Assembly: GCA_037444665.1 (NCBI GenBank)
Contig: JBBILZ010000030.1
Location: forward strand, 1-31,191
Direction of reading: 5' to 3'
Length of the DNA: 31,191 nt
Source: a candidate division WOR-3 bacterium
GTDB taxonomy: Bacteria > Hydrothermota > Tepidihabitantia > SM23-42 > JAOAFX01
This document shows positions 18,618 through 27,285 of the stretch, one piece after another. The first letter of the stretch is position 1; the number at the start of each line of letters is the position of its first letter. The notes beneath the pieces were generated by a model. It saw only the letters and a program-made list of their open reading frames with translations, had not been told where the DNA came from and made no database searches. The position numbers were made by a program, and so were the translations under genes.

Positions 18618-19646
18618 CATATAGTTCTCAAGCAGTTCTTCTTTGTTGTGGATTGAATAGTAGAACGCTGGTATCTCCAGCATTGTTAGGGCGCCATATT
18701 TCTTTTCCTTATTTAATCGGTAGCAGGCACGGGCACAGGCAACAAGGATGTTCGCCGTTGCTTCAGGGTTGCTATCCCATAAACAATTGTATTCAATGAA
18801 TGCCTTATTATGATTTCCTGTGTTCCCAGAGAATATTACTGAACCACAATGGGGAAAGCCTTTATGCTGTTTGTTCAAATTATCCTGAGAAACAAAGATT
18901 ATTTTTGTATCATAGTCAGCAAAATAGTTGGGCATCTTTTTTATTTTATCCGCAATCTCATTTTTGTCTGCATCGTCGTGGGCAACCACATAGACGACCC
19001 GCTTGTGCATCTGCCCTGGTCTTAATACGGGATTCTTGCCCTGCCTGACCTTTTTTAAGGCACTCTTTATTGGTATAGTGTATGACCTTGCATCCAGAAC
19101 TCCGGGTACCTGTCGCACTGCATCAGAATGTCCCTGACTTATTCCTGGTCCCCAGAATGTATAATTCCTGCCTTCAGGCATAAATGCATCAGCCATAACC
19201 CTTTCCAGAGAAAAAGTACCGGGGTCCCAGCCTGCAGAGATGATTGATGTGTGCCGGTTCAATTGCGCTATACGACCTATCTGATGATAATAATCAGGAA
19301 TCCTTTTGTGTGTATCAAAACTATCCACCGTGTTAAAAAATTGGGCAAAATAGAGTCCCTGACCATGTGTATATGGATTATTTATTCTAATCTTTTCAAG
19401 TGTATTATTCTCGGTTCCGAAAATATCCTCTTTTGAACCACCGCAGAGAATTGCTACATCAGCAAGGACTTCAAATTTATCCATACCAAAAACAGGAATA
19501 TTTTTAACTGATTTTTTTATTGAATCGGGTCTGCGCGTTATAATCTCTGTAAGTTCCATATCACTATTTTTATTGATTGCTTCTTTTACGCCCCGAGCAA
19601 GATTTCCATAACCAACAATTGCAACTTTTATTTTACTGTTTTCCAT
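18615..19646 (-). CDS. ddh: meso-Diaminopimelate dehydrogenase
   Basis: IVGYGNL, CGGS, VDSFDTH, GWDPG, TFWGPGISQGHSDA, MPNYFADY, SNPE. Start moved to ATG 19646, behind an AAGGAG SD. Confidence 0.94.
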   Translation of the reverse strand: MENSKIKVAIVGYGNLARGVKEAINKNSDMELTEIITRRPDSIKKSVKNIPVFGMDKFEVLADVAILCGGSKEDIFGTENNTLEKIRINNPYTHGQGLYFAQFFNTVDSFDTHKRIPDYYHQIGRIAQLNRHTSIISAGWDPGTFSLERVMADAFMPEGRNYTFWGPGISQGHSDAVRQVPGVLDARSYTIPIKSALKKVRQGKNPVLRPGQMHKRVVYVVAHDDADKNEIADKIKKMPNYFADYDTKIIFVSQDNLNKQHKGFPHCGSVIFSGNTGNHNKAFIEYNCLWDSNPEATANILVACARACYRLNKEKKYGALTMLEIPAFYYSIHNKEELLENYM

Positions 19647-20960
19647 TCTTCTCCTTTTTGAATAAATCATTGATTATCTTATATGCCCGCGCACAATCCT
19701 GAGATTCAACAAAGACCATAATATCAGTATGCACGGTCAGAACTTCCCAGATATTTATTTTTTCACGGGCAATAGGTGCAACAATATTTTTTATTGCACC
19801 TGGTTCATTGATAAAATGTAAACTGCGGATAACAATCTTCGCAATACAACAATATTTTTTATTGCACCTGGTTCATTGATAAAATGTAAACTGCGGATAA
19901 CAATCTTCGCAATATCTTTTTTCAAATTTAATGCCTTCAGGCTCTTGGATTTAGAAATTAATGGTGCCAATAATTTATATGCTATTTCAGCCTTCTTTTG
20001 TAAAACATATATTGCGAGAAGATTATCCGAAATCGTGATAGAATTTATCGCAATCTTTTTATGGGCAAGTATTGAGGCAATCTGATTCAGAATTCCTGGT
20101 GTCTCTGGAATCCTTTCACCAATAAAAGTGAGCACACCATAATTTTTATTAGAGGTAGTGATTGAAATTGTTTTATCAAACAAGATTTCAGTTCCATCCC
20201 TTTTTTTAGTCTTTCCATTATTAGAGATCACCCGCAGTTTTGGTAAATTTTTTCGATGTTTTAATGATATTGGGTTCAATACCTGGGCACCAGACGCAGC
20301 AAGTGCTCCGAGTTCTGCCCAGGAGAGTCTCTTTATCATTTTCGTATCTGATACAATCTTTGGGTCCATACTCAGGATACCTCCTACATCCTTTATCAAA
20401 ATTAATTCGGATGAATGCAACAATTCTGCCATTAATAGCGCAGAAATATCGCTTCCGCCCCTGCCCAGGGTTAATGTATTACCTTTTTCATCACGGGCAA
20501 TAAATCCGGGTATAATGAGAATTCTATTTTTCCTGAGCAAAGGAAGAATAAATTTTTGTGTAATCATCTTTGATTTTGAAAGAACTGAGAAATCCCTTTT
20601 TTCATTTATTTTATACGGACTAAGACGGACTTTTGATTTCAATGAAATGTGGATGGGCCATTCGGGTGCATCCGGTAATATTGTCTTTGCATCCTTTCCT
20701 AAATATTTGAATGCAGATTCAAAAATTAAAGCAGATTGAACCTCACCCATACCCACAAATTTTTCAAAATTGTAAAAATCAGGATAAGGGATTGCAGTTA
20801 TATAGGTCTTAATTAATTCGTCGGTCTGCCCTTTTATTGCTGAAGTAACCAAACAGATTTTTGAATCCTGAAATTGTAAGATACATCGGGCAATCTTTAA
20901 AAAATCTTCTGGTTCAGAAAGGACTGAACCACCAACTTTAAAAACCTTAATATTGTTCAT
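19633..20960 (-). CDS. lysC: Aspartate kinase with two ACT domains, frameshifted by a 68-bp tandem duplication
   Basis: KVGGS, TLGRGGSD, KDVGG...DPK, GAQVL motifs. Removing one repeat copy restores a 419-aa ORF ending ...EPGAIKNIVAPIAREKINIWEV...KEKNGKQ* at 19633. Confidence 0.85.
19779..19914. repeat. Exact 68-bp tandem duplication
   Basis: 19779-19846 is identical to 19847-19914 (caacaatatttttt...cttcgcaata). Confidence 0.97.
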
Positions 20961-22158
20961 ATTCAATCAATCCTTTTAAAGGTTGTTTTCTTTTTATTAA
21001 TTTTATACCATTATCAATCAGATATTCTGCGGGCAAAGGTCTTCCATTATAGGTTGATGCCATAGTTCTTGTATAGGCGCCAGAATTATGAATTAGAACA
21101 TACTCGCCAAGTTTCAGATTGGGCAGAGAATAGTATCCAAACTCATCTGCATTTTCGCAGAGCGGACCTGTAACGCGCACTTTTTTTCTCCTGTTTGAGT
21201 TAATACACAATGGCTCAATATGGTGATACGCATCATAGAGCGCAGGCCTGGGATTCTCGGTCATACCCGCATCAATCATATATACTGGTATATGATTCCT
21301 TATTTTTTTATCAATCAAACGGCTAAGAATATAGCCGGCATTTGCAACAAAAAATCTTCCTGGCTCCAGCATTATTTCTACCTCATACTTATCCTTTATT
21401 GAGCCATAACAGTCAATAATGGGTTTAAAATCAAGACGTTTTTCCTGGGGCAGATAAGGAACACCAAACCCACCACCGAGATTTACATAGTTACAATCAA
21501 AGCCATTTCTTCTTAGTAAATTTATTGTCTGCCCAACCTTTTTGCTCGCCTTGATAAATGGTTCTGGAGATAGTATTTGAGAACCAATATGGCAGTGGAT
21601 ACCGACCAATTTCGCATATCTGAATCTTTTTATTAATGAAAGACTTTGTTTTATCTCTTGTATTGTCATCCCGAATTTGCTGAATTTAGAGCCAGTAGAA
21701 AGATGCGGATGGGTTTTGGAAAAGATGCCAGGGTTTATGCGGGCAAAGACATTTATTTTTCTGGCGCGCATCTTTGCTGCTTTTTCCAGGAGGATTGCCT
21801 GGTCAATGCTTTCAAAATTAAAATAAATTACACCATTATCAAGTGCATATAGAATTTCTTCTATCTTGCGTGCGACATTATTATAAAGAATTTTATCTGG
21901 ATTGAAACCCGCTTTAAGGCAGACAAAAATTTCACCGGGTGAGACTACCTCAGCACCAATACCCTGGCTTTTTATCAATTTTAATATAGCGATATTGGTG
22001 TTCGCCTTTACGGCAAAAAAGAGTTTGGCAATTTTCAAAAAATGCTGCTTCAATATCTCAATATTTTTTATTATCCTTATTCGGTCATACACATAGCAAG
22101 GTGTTTCAACCGTTTCTTTTTTAAGATACCTGCGCAATGTTTTTAGGCAATCCTGCAT
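20947..22158 (-). CDS. lysA: Diaminopimelate decarboxylase
   Basis: AVKAN PLP lysine, SKFG, HCHIGSQ, GGGFG, EPGRF, GPLCE, GAY...YN. Start moved to ATG 22158, behind an AGGAGGT SD. Confidence 0.95.
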   Translation of the reverse strand: MQDCLKTLRRYLKKETVETPCYVYDRIRIIKNIEILKQHFLKIAKLFFAVKANTNIAILKLIKSQGIGAEVVSPGEIFVCLKAGFNPDKILYNNVARKIEEILYALDNGVIYFNFESIDQAILLEKAAKMRARKINVFARINPGIFSKTHPHLSTGSKFSKFGMTIQEIKQSLSLIKRFRYAKLVGIHCHIGSQILSPEPFIKASKKVGQTINLLRRNGFDCNYVNLGGGFGVPYLPQEKRLDFKPIIDCYGSIKDKYEVEIMLEPGRFFVANAGYILSRLIDKKIRNHIPVYMIDAGMTENPRPALYDAYHHIEPLCINSNRRKKVRVTGPLCENADEFGYYSLPNLKLGEYVLIHNSGAYTRTMASTYNGRPLPAEYLIDNGIKLIKRKQPLKGLIEYEQY

Positions 22159-22192
22159 AATACCTCCTCTCATCTATCAAAAAAATGGCAAT

Positions 22193-22218
22193 AAAAAAGC
22201 CCACCTGCTGGTGGGCTT
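22193..22218 (-). terminator. Intrinsic terminator in the lysA leader (attenuator)
   Basis: Minus strand AAGCCCACC-AGCA-GGTGGGC-TTTTTT, between the promoter and the lysA SD. Confidence 0.9.
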
Positions 22219-22258
22219 ATCGTCCATAAAACTGTTTATCATGGGAACGAAAAGCCCA
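22212..22258 (-). promoter_or_regulatory. Antiterminator hairpin, mutually exclusive with the leader terminator
   Basis: TGGGCTT/AAGCCCA, TCGT/ACGA and CCATGA/TTATGG helices sequester the terminator's 5' arm. Confidence 0.8.
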
Positions 22259-22307
22259 TCCTTAGAACATGCTTCTTCATCCAATATCTCTTAAAATATT
22301 TTAGCAT
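22239..22307 (-). CDS. Leader peptide of the lysine operon, MLKYFKRYWMKKHVLRMGFSFP (22 aa)
   Basis: ATG 6 nt after the -10 box; four Lys codons including tandem AAG AAG; the stop codon lies inside the antiterminator's 5' arm. Confidence 0.75.
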   Translation of the reverse strand: MLKYFKRYWMKKHVLRMGFSFP

Positions 22308-22313
22308 GTGCTC

Positions 22314-22341
22314 ATTATATATATTTTTCAAAAAAAGTCAA
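22314..22341 (-). promoter_or_regulatory. sigma70-type promoter of the lysA-lysC-ddh operon
   Basis: Minus strand TTGACT(22341-22336)-16 bp-TATAAT(22319-22314). Confidence 0.8.
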
Positions 22342-22480
22342 GCAATATTTTCGCCAGGTTCTTTAGCCTTTTTATTCCTTTTCTCATTCAGGTAATTTGG
22401 TATCCAGATATCCATCAGGACAAGTTTTGGACTTTTAGGTATTTTAATTTTATAGGGCAGATGCTGCTGGTATGGTTATA

Positions 22481-22508
22481 TTGACATGGTCTAAAATTTC
22501 AATACAAT
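22481..22508 (+). promoter_or_regulatory. sigma70-type promoter for the leaderless clostripain gene
   Basis: TTGACA(22481-22486)-16 bp-TACAAT(22503-22508); in-frame GTG at 22514. Confidence 0.7.
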
Positions 22509-22513
22509 TTGCT

Positions 22514-24574
22514 GTGCGTTTTCTTATTCTCCTGTGCATCCCTTTCACCCTTTTCTGCCGTGAATGGACCGTGATGGTATATATGGCAGCAGACAACTCT
22601 CTCAGTGCACTGGCTGACTCAGACCTCATTGAAATGAAAGCCATAGGCTCAAATGATGAACTTGCCATCATTGCTCAGGTTGATAAACCTTATATTGGAG
22701 CAAATCGCTATTATGTAGCAAAGGATACACTTTATAATTTAGCCAATTTAGGCACCATTGATATGTGTGACTGGCAAACACTCAGTGATTTTCTCCAGTG
22801 GAGTGTAATGTATTTTCCTGCCAAAAAATATCTACTTATTCTCTGGGACCATGGCACAGGCTGGACATTAGGACCCCATCGCACTTTTGGTAGTGATTGG
22901 TCTGCCGGTACAGAGATGAGTATTGCCAATGGAGACTTGAATCGGGCATTAAAAGGTTTTTATGATGCTACAAAAAAGCATCTAAACATCATAGGCTTTG
23001 ATGCCTGCAATATGCAACAGATTGAGATTGCCTATGAGATAAAAGACTATGCAAAGGTCTGCCTTGCACCACAGACTGTCTGGCCCTTAAGTGGGTTTCC
23101 CTATGAATCCATTTTTTATATCTTCAAACAAAACCCTGATATAAATGAGAATGAACTGGTAAAAGAAATTGTTAATAGATGTAGAGAATATTATACTACA
23201 ACTATTGCTTCAGCAATCTCGGCAATAGACCTTGAGAATCTAATTGATTTGAAAAATGCACTGAAGAATCTTGAAAAGATTATGCAGAATCCTCCTGATT
23301 CAGGAATGAAGAATTTAAGGGCTCAGGTCCAGACCATATCCCTTACTGACCCGAATCCAGAAACTGAGGATGATTACATTGACCTTGGTGATTTTCTGCG
23401 TTTGCTAAAGGATTATAATACAAAAAAAGAGTATCAGGATCTGTATAATATTTACAACCAGACCATCATTGCCACTGCATCATGGGGTGCTCAACTTTCA
23501 CGGCTCACCGGAATAACGACATTTTTTCCTGACCGTTATATTGAATTTAAAAATTTAATAAACATTTATCTGTTATTAGACTACAATGAATCGGGTTGGG
23601 CAAATTTTCTTAACTGGTTCTATGGACAGGATGATATAAGACCCACCTGTCCCATAGTTTCAGTGAGTGGTATGGGAAAAGATAATGACTTCACGCTATG
23701 CTGGAACCGCTCATTTGACCTTGCCTCGGTTTTCTATAATGTGATTGAATTGACCGATACTCTATTACTATTTGATGACCCGTGTGAGGATTCAAGTTTA
23801 TGGCTCTTCAATGGATTTTCGCTGGTTAAAAATATCAGCCATAGTGGTACAGGCTCTTTCTTCTCAGGGAATAGTAGTAATCTCAATAATTCATTGATCA
23901 CGAGAACGAATTTGAAGATAGACAATTTAGCCCTGCTTGATTTGTATCTGTTTTATAATACCGAAGAAATGGCTGATTCCCTGATTATTGAATATGGTGC
24001 AAAAAAATATGTATATTATGGCAGGTCTGGAACATGGCAGCATTGCCGTCTTGTTCTGCCTGAAGGAAATGAGCCATTAAAAATTTATTACCATTCTAAT
24101 GGAAGTATTAATAATGGCGGTGTTTATATTGATGATATAAAATTATATGGACTCGTTTCCGGTAGAAATATTCGTAATAGTTATTCTGATACTACGCTAT
24201 ATATATTCAATAAATTAAAGGGTGAATATTACTACGGAGTCTATGCCGAGGATTTTTATGGGAATCAGAGTGACCTATCAGAATTGGTAAAGGTCAATGT
24301 AACAAATTTTGCTATTCCCTATTCAATACCGAATCCATTCCAAAAAGATTGTGAGATTGTTCTTGACCTTCCTGATAATGTGATGCCGACCGTCTATATC
24401 TATTCCATTGCGGGTCGGCTCATCAGAAAATTTGAACCCTCTTCAATTGTTAATAAAAGAATATTCTGGGATGGGAAAGACAATAATCACAAAGATGTGG
24501 GTGCAGGAATATATTTTATTCTTGTAAAAGATAAAAGATTTAGCGTGATGGGAAAGATAGCGAGGCAGAAATGA
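22514..24574 (+). CDS. Secreted clostripain-family (C11) cysteine peptidase with C-terminal FlgD-Ig/T9SS-type sorting domain
   Basis: WTVMVYMAADN, ILWDHGTGW (His), GFDACNM (Cys), YIDLGDF, C-terminal PNPF...IYSIAGRLIR...WDGKD...GIYF. GTG 22514 gives a signal peptide; the ORF track start at 22472 lies upstream of the promoter. Confidence 0.88.
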   Translation: MRFLILLCIPFTLFCREWTVMVYMAADNSLSALADSDLIEMKAIGSNDELAIIAQVDKPYIGANRYYVAKDTLYNLANLGTIDMCDWQTLSDFLQWSVMYFPAKKYLLILWDHGTGWTLGPHRTFGSDWSAGTEMSIANGDLNRALKGFYDATKKHLNIIGFDACNMQQIEIAYEIKDYAKVCLAPQTVWPLSGFPYESIFYIFKQNPDINENELVKEIVNRCREYYTTTIASAISAIDLENLIDLKNALKNLEKIMQNPPDSGMKNLRAQVQTISLTDPNPETEDDYIDLGDFLRLLKDYNTKKEYQDLYNIYNQTIIATASWGAQLSRLTGITTFFPDRYIEFKNLINIYLLLDYNESGWANFLNWFYGQDDIRPTCPIVSVSGMGKDNDFTLCWNRSFDLASVFYNVIELTDTLLLFDDPCEDSSLWLFNGFSLVKNISHSGTGSFFSGNSSNLNNSLITRTNLKIDNLALLDLYLFYNTEEMADSLIIEYGAKKYVYYGRSGTWQHCRLVLPEGNEPLKIYYHSNGSINNGGVYIDDIKLYGLVSGRNIRNSYSDTTLYIFNKLKGEYYYGVYAEDFYGNQSDLSELVKVNVTNFAIPYSIPNPFQKDCEIVLDLPDNVMPTVYIYSIAGRLIRKFEPSSIVNKRIFWDGKDNNHKDVGAGIYFILVKDKRFSVMGKIARQK

Positions 24575-25452
24575 AAAATCTTGTTATCATTGCCAATGGT
24601 GGGGCAGGCGGCATTAACTTTCCATACCGTCGTGCCCAGGGTTTAAAAGAGGCAGTAAATACGGGCTATGAAATTTTAAAACAGGGTGGTTCAAGCCTTG
24701 ATGCTGTGGAAAGGGCGATAATGGTCTTAGAGGATACGACAATTTTCAATGCCGGAACCGGTTCAACATTGAGTCTAACTGGAGAAGTTGAAATGGATGC
24801 ATCAATAATGACTGCTGATGGCAGGTTCGGAGCAGTGGCGGCAATCAAAAATGTGCGTTATCCAATTCAGATTGCGCGTCTGGTAATGGAAAAGACCGAC
24901 CATCTATTATTATGCGGAGAAGGTGCACTCCGTTTTGCCCGTCTTAATGGCATAAAATACCATAATCCCAAAACAAAAGAGAAGGAGAGGATGTGGCTCA
25001 TTGCAAAAAGGAAATTGAATGGAGATTATTTCCCTAAATTGCAAAAATTAAAAGAATTGTATGAAACAGTTGGGGTTGTGGCGATGGATAAAGATGGCAA
25101 GATAACTGTGGGCACCTCAACCGGTGGAATTTCATTACACCTGCCAGGCAGGGTGGGTGATACACCAATCATCGGTGCCGGGACCTATGCAAATCGTTAT
25201 GGCGGCGTATCTACTACGGGGCATGGTGAAATGATTATGAAAACATTCCTTGCCTATCATACTGTTTCCCTTCTAACAAAGTATTCTGCATCAGTAGCAG
25301 GTAAACTGGCGATTGATTATGCGACCCGGAATAAATGTCGTGCCGGCATAATTGGTATAGACAGAAAAGGGAGAATCATCTGTGTTAATAATACCCAGGC
25401 AATGTCCTGGTGTTATATTAAAGACAATGAGATGAAAGTGTTCCAATATTGA
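24571..25452 (+). CDS. Isoaspartyl peptidase / L-asparaginase (Ntn-hydrolase)
   Basis: GGAG, FNAGTGS, EMDASIM, E|TVGVVA nucleophile Thr, STGG, GRVGDTP, TGHGE. Confidence 0.93.
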   Translation: MKNLVIIANGGAGGINFPYRRAQGLKEAVNTGYEILKQGGSSLDAVERAIMVLEDTTIFNAGTGSTLSLTGEVEMDASIMTADGRFGAVAAIKNVRYPIQIARLVMEKTDHLLLCGEGALRFARLNGIKYHNPKTKEKERMWLIAKRKLNGDYFPKLQKLKELYETVGVVAMDKDGKITVGTSTGGISLHLPGRVGDTPIIGAGTYANRYGGVSTTGHGEMIMKTFLAYHTVSLLTKYSASVAGKLAIDYATRNKCRAGIIGIDRKGRIICVNNTQAMSWCYIKDNEMKVFQY

Positions 25453-25456
25453 ATTA

Positions 25457-26503
25457 TTATATAACCTTCAGCCTTTTCTTTATTGCACCAGCAGGGCAGA
25501 CTTCAAAACAACAATAGCATTTTATACATTTTCTGGTATTAATATTAAAATTACTGATTGCCCTGGTCGGGCATACATTCTCACAGGCACGGCATCTATT
25601 ACAGAGCAGATGGTCAATATATGTTACCCTGAGGTCCTGAATTTTTGCAAATAGGCGACTACCAATACCCGAGAATATATTTCTCAAAAACAATCCAGGT
25701 GGCAGGGAAAAATCTTTGAGCGGCTCTAATGTGCCGATGATTTCAATATTATTCGGGTCAAATAACCCCTGTCTCAAGCCTATCTTCAATAAAGGATGGT
25801 GTTCGGGATTTAAATTTACCATAAGCGCACAGATATATTCCACTGCCCAGGGGTCATTACTGGTGATGACCTTGTTCATTTTGAACAGCCGATGATGTGC
25901 ATCACGGATATTCAGGGCATCAACAATAATCAGCTCGGGCCTTTTTAGATTATACAGTTCTAATAATAATTTGCAAAAATCATCAAGTGAAGCACATTGC
26001 GCATGTAAATGGGGTTTCATCCCGCCGGGGATAAGACCAAAGTGATTCTTTATTGCAATGCTCAGTATGGTCAATTCATGGGTCTTGAATTTGGGTAAGG
26101 ATATCACAATATCTGCGTCCAGTATATCCCTTGAAACATAGACCTCTTTTACGCTCTTATGTTTTAATCTTATTTTCTGCACATAGCGGCCAATATTTTT
26201 AAAACATCCCTGACTCGCCTGAAAAAATCCGCATTGACGGGCAACTTCAGTCTCATTTAGTGGTTGCGGAATAGGATTGTCACCGACTATTACATTGGCT
26301 GAATTTTTTAACAGATAGTCCACTGTCCACTCAATCAATTGCGGGTCAGTAATGATACACTCTTCAGGCTGGGCAATGCGCAACATATTCGGCTTCACAA
26401 ATACCCGTTTATCTTTTAAATCATTTAATCCAAATGCTTCAAATAGTTCACTGATTAAATCTTTCAGATTTGTGCCTTCTTTTATATAAACCTTTGTCTT
26501 CAT
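25457..26503 (-). CDS. DUF362-domain protein with a C-terminal 2x[4Fe-4S] ferredoxin domain
   Basis: VKPN, PKFKTH, KNHFG, CNRCRACENVCP and CIKCYCCFEVCP. Confidence 0.88.
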   Translation of the reverse strand: MKTKVYIKEGTNLKDLISELFEAFGLNDLKDKRVFVKPNMLRIAQPEECIITDPQLIEWTVDYLLKNSANVIVGDNPIPQPLNETEVARQCGFFQASQGCFKNIGRYVQKIRLKHKSVKEVYVSRDILDADIVISLPKFKTHELTILSIAIKNHFGLIPGGMKPHLHAQCASLDDFCKLLLELYNLKRPELIIVDALNIRDAHHRLFKMNKVITSNDPWAVEYICALMVNLNPEHHPLLKIGLRQGLFDPNNIEIIGTLEPLKDFSLPPGLFLRNIFSGIGSRLFAKIQDLRVTYIDHLLCNRCRACENVCPTRAISNFNINTRKCIKCYCCFEVCPAGAIKKRLKVI

Positions 26504-27270
26504 TCTTGTTTATTCAGCAGGATATCCTCTTTTATATTTTCATATAATTGGAAGAATTCGTTTAATCCTAATTGCTCGGGTCTTTTTGTTATAATGTCTC
26601 TATCTGTAAGGTCGGGTAGAGAACCAAGATAATTAATCAAGGCATTCTTCAATGTTTTACGACGGTAGCGAAATATGCCGTTAATAAATTCAAAAAAGTT
26701 CTCTTCATTCTTTAACAGAAACAGTGGTTCTCTGTGGTATAATCCAATTACCATTGAACTCACCTTTGGTGGTGGTGTAAAATATCCTGGTGAAATATTA
26801 AAACCTTTTGCGACATTGAAATAATAGTTAACATAGCAGGTAATTGAACTGTATTTTGTAGTGCCGGGCTTTGTTAGAAGCCGCTCTCCATATTCTTTCT
26901 GGACTGTCAGAACTGCATGTAAGAATTTATTCCGTTCCTGGACCAATTTTTCAATAATTTTGGTCGTTATATAATACGGAATATTGCCCACAATAATACA
27001 ATCTTTATAATCATTCAAATCAAGTGATAGAAAATCTGTATTTATTACTACAGTATTAGGAATATTCTTTTTTGCAAGTATATCTGCATATTGAGGGTCA
27101 ATCTCTATGGCATAGACAATCTTTGCTTTTTTTGCGATCTCCCGTGTCAATATTCCTTTTCCTGCACCAATCTCAAGGACCGGTTCATTTTCTATGCGGG
27201 CAAATTTAATGATTTTTTTTACTATAGAGATATTGTTCAAAAAATGCTGTCCTAACTTTTTTCCGGGCAT
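26500..27270 (-). CDS. rsmA: 16S rRNA A1518/A1519 dimethyltransferase
   Basis: LGQHFL, LEIGAGKG, EID, GNIPYYIT, FTPPPKVSS, RRKTLKN. Confidence 0.96.
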   Translation of the reverse strand: MPGKKLGQHFLNNISIVKKIIKFARIENEPVLEIGAGKGILTREIAKKAKIVYAIEIDPQYADILAKKNIPNTVVINTDFLSLDLNDYKDCIIVGNIPYYITTKIIEKLVQERNKFLHAVLTVQKEYGERLLTKPGTTKYSSITCYVNYYFNVAKGFNISPGYFTPPPKVSSMVIGLYHREPLFLLKNEENFFEFINGIFRYRRKTLKNALINYLGSLPDLTDRDIITKRPEQLGLNEFFQLYENIKEDILLNKQE

Positions 27271-27285
27271 TCTCGTGTTAAATAT

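Noticed and set aside
20158..20739. 193-aa plus-strand ORF and the other short antisense or alternate-frame ORFs in the track
   Set aside because: They lie wholly or largely within well-supported genes and have no motifs or start signals; shadow ORFs.
22159..22313. Lysine riboswitch upstream of lysA
   Set aside because: Only ~90 nt lie between the predicted start and the terminator, too short for the aptamer, and its conserved motifs were not seen. The uORF model fits better.
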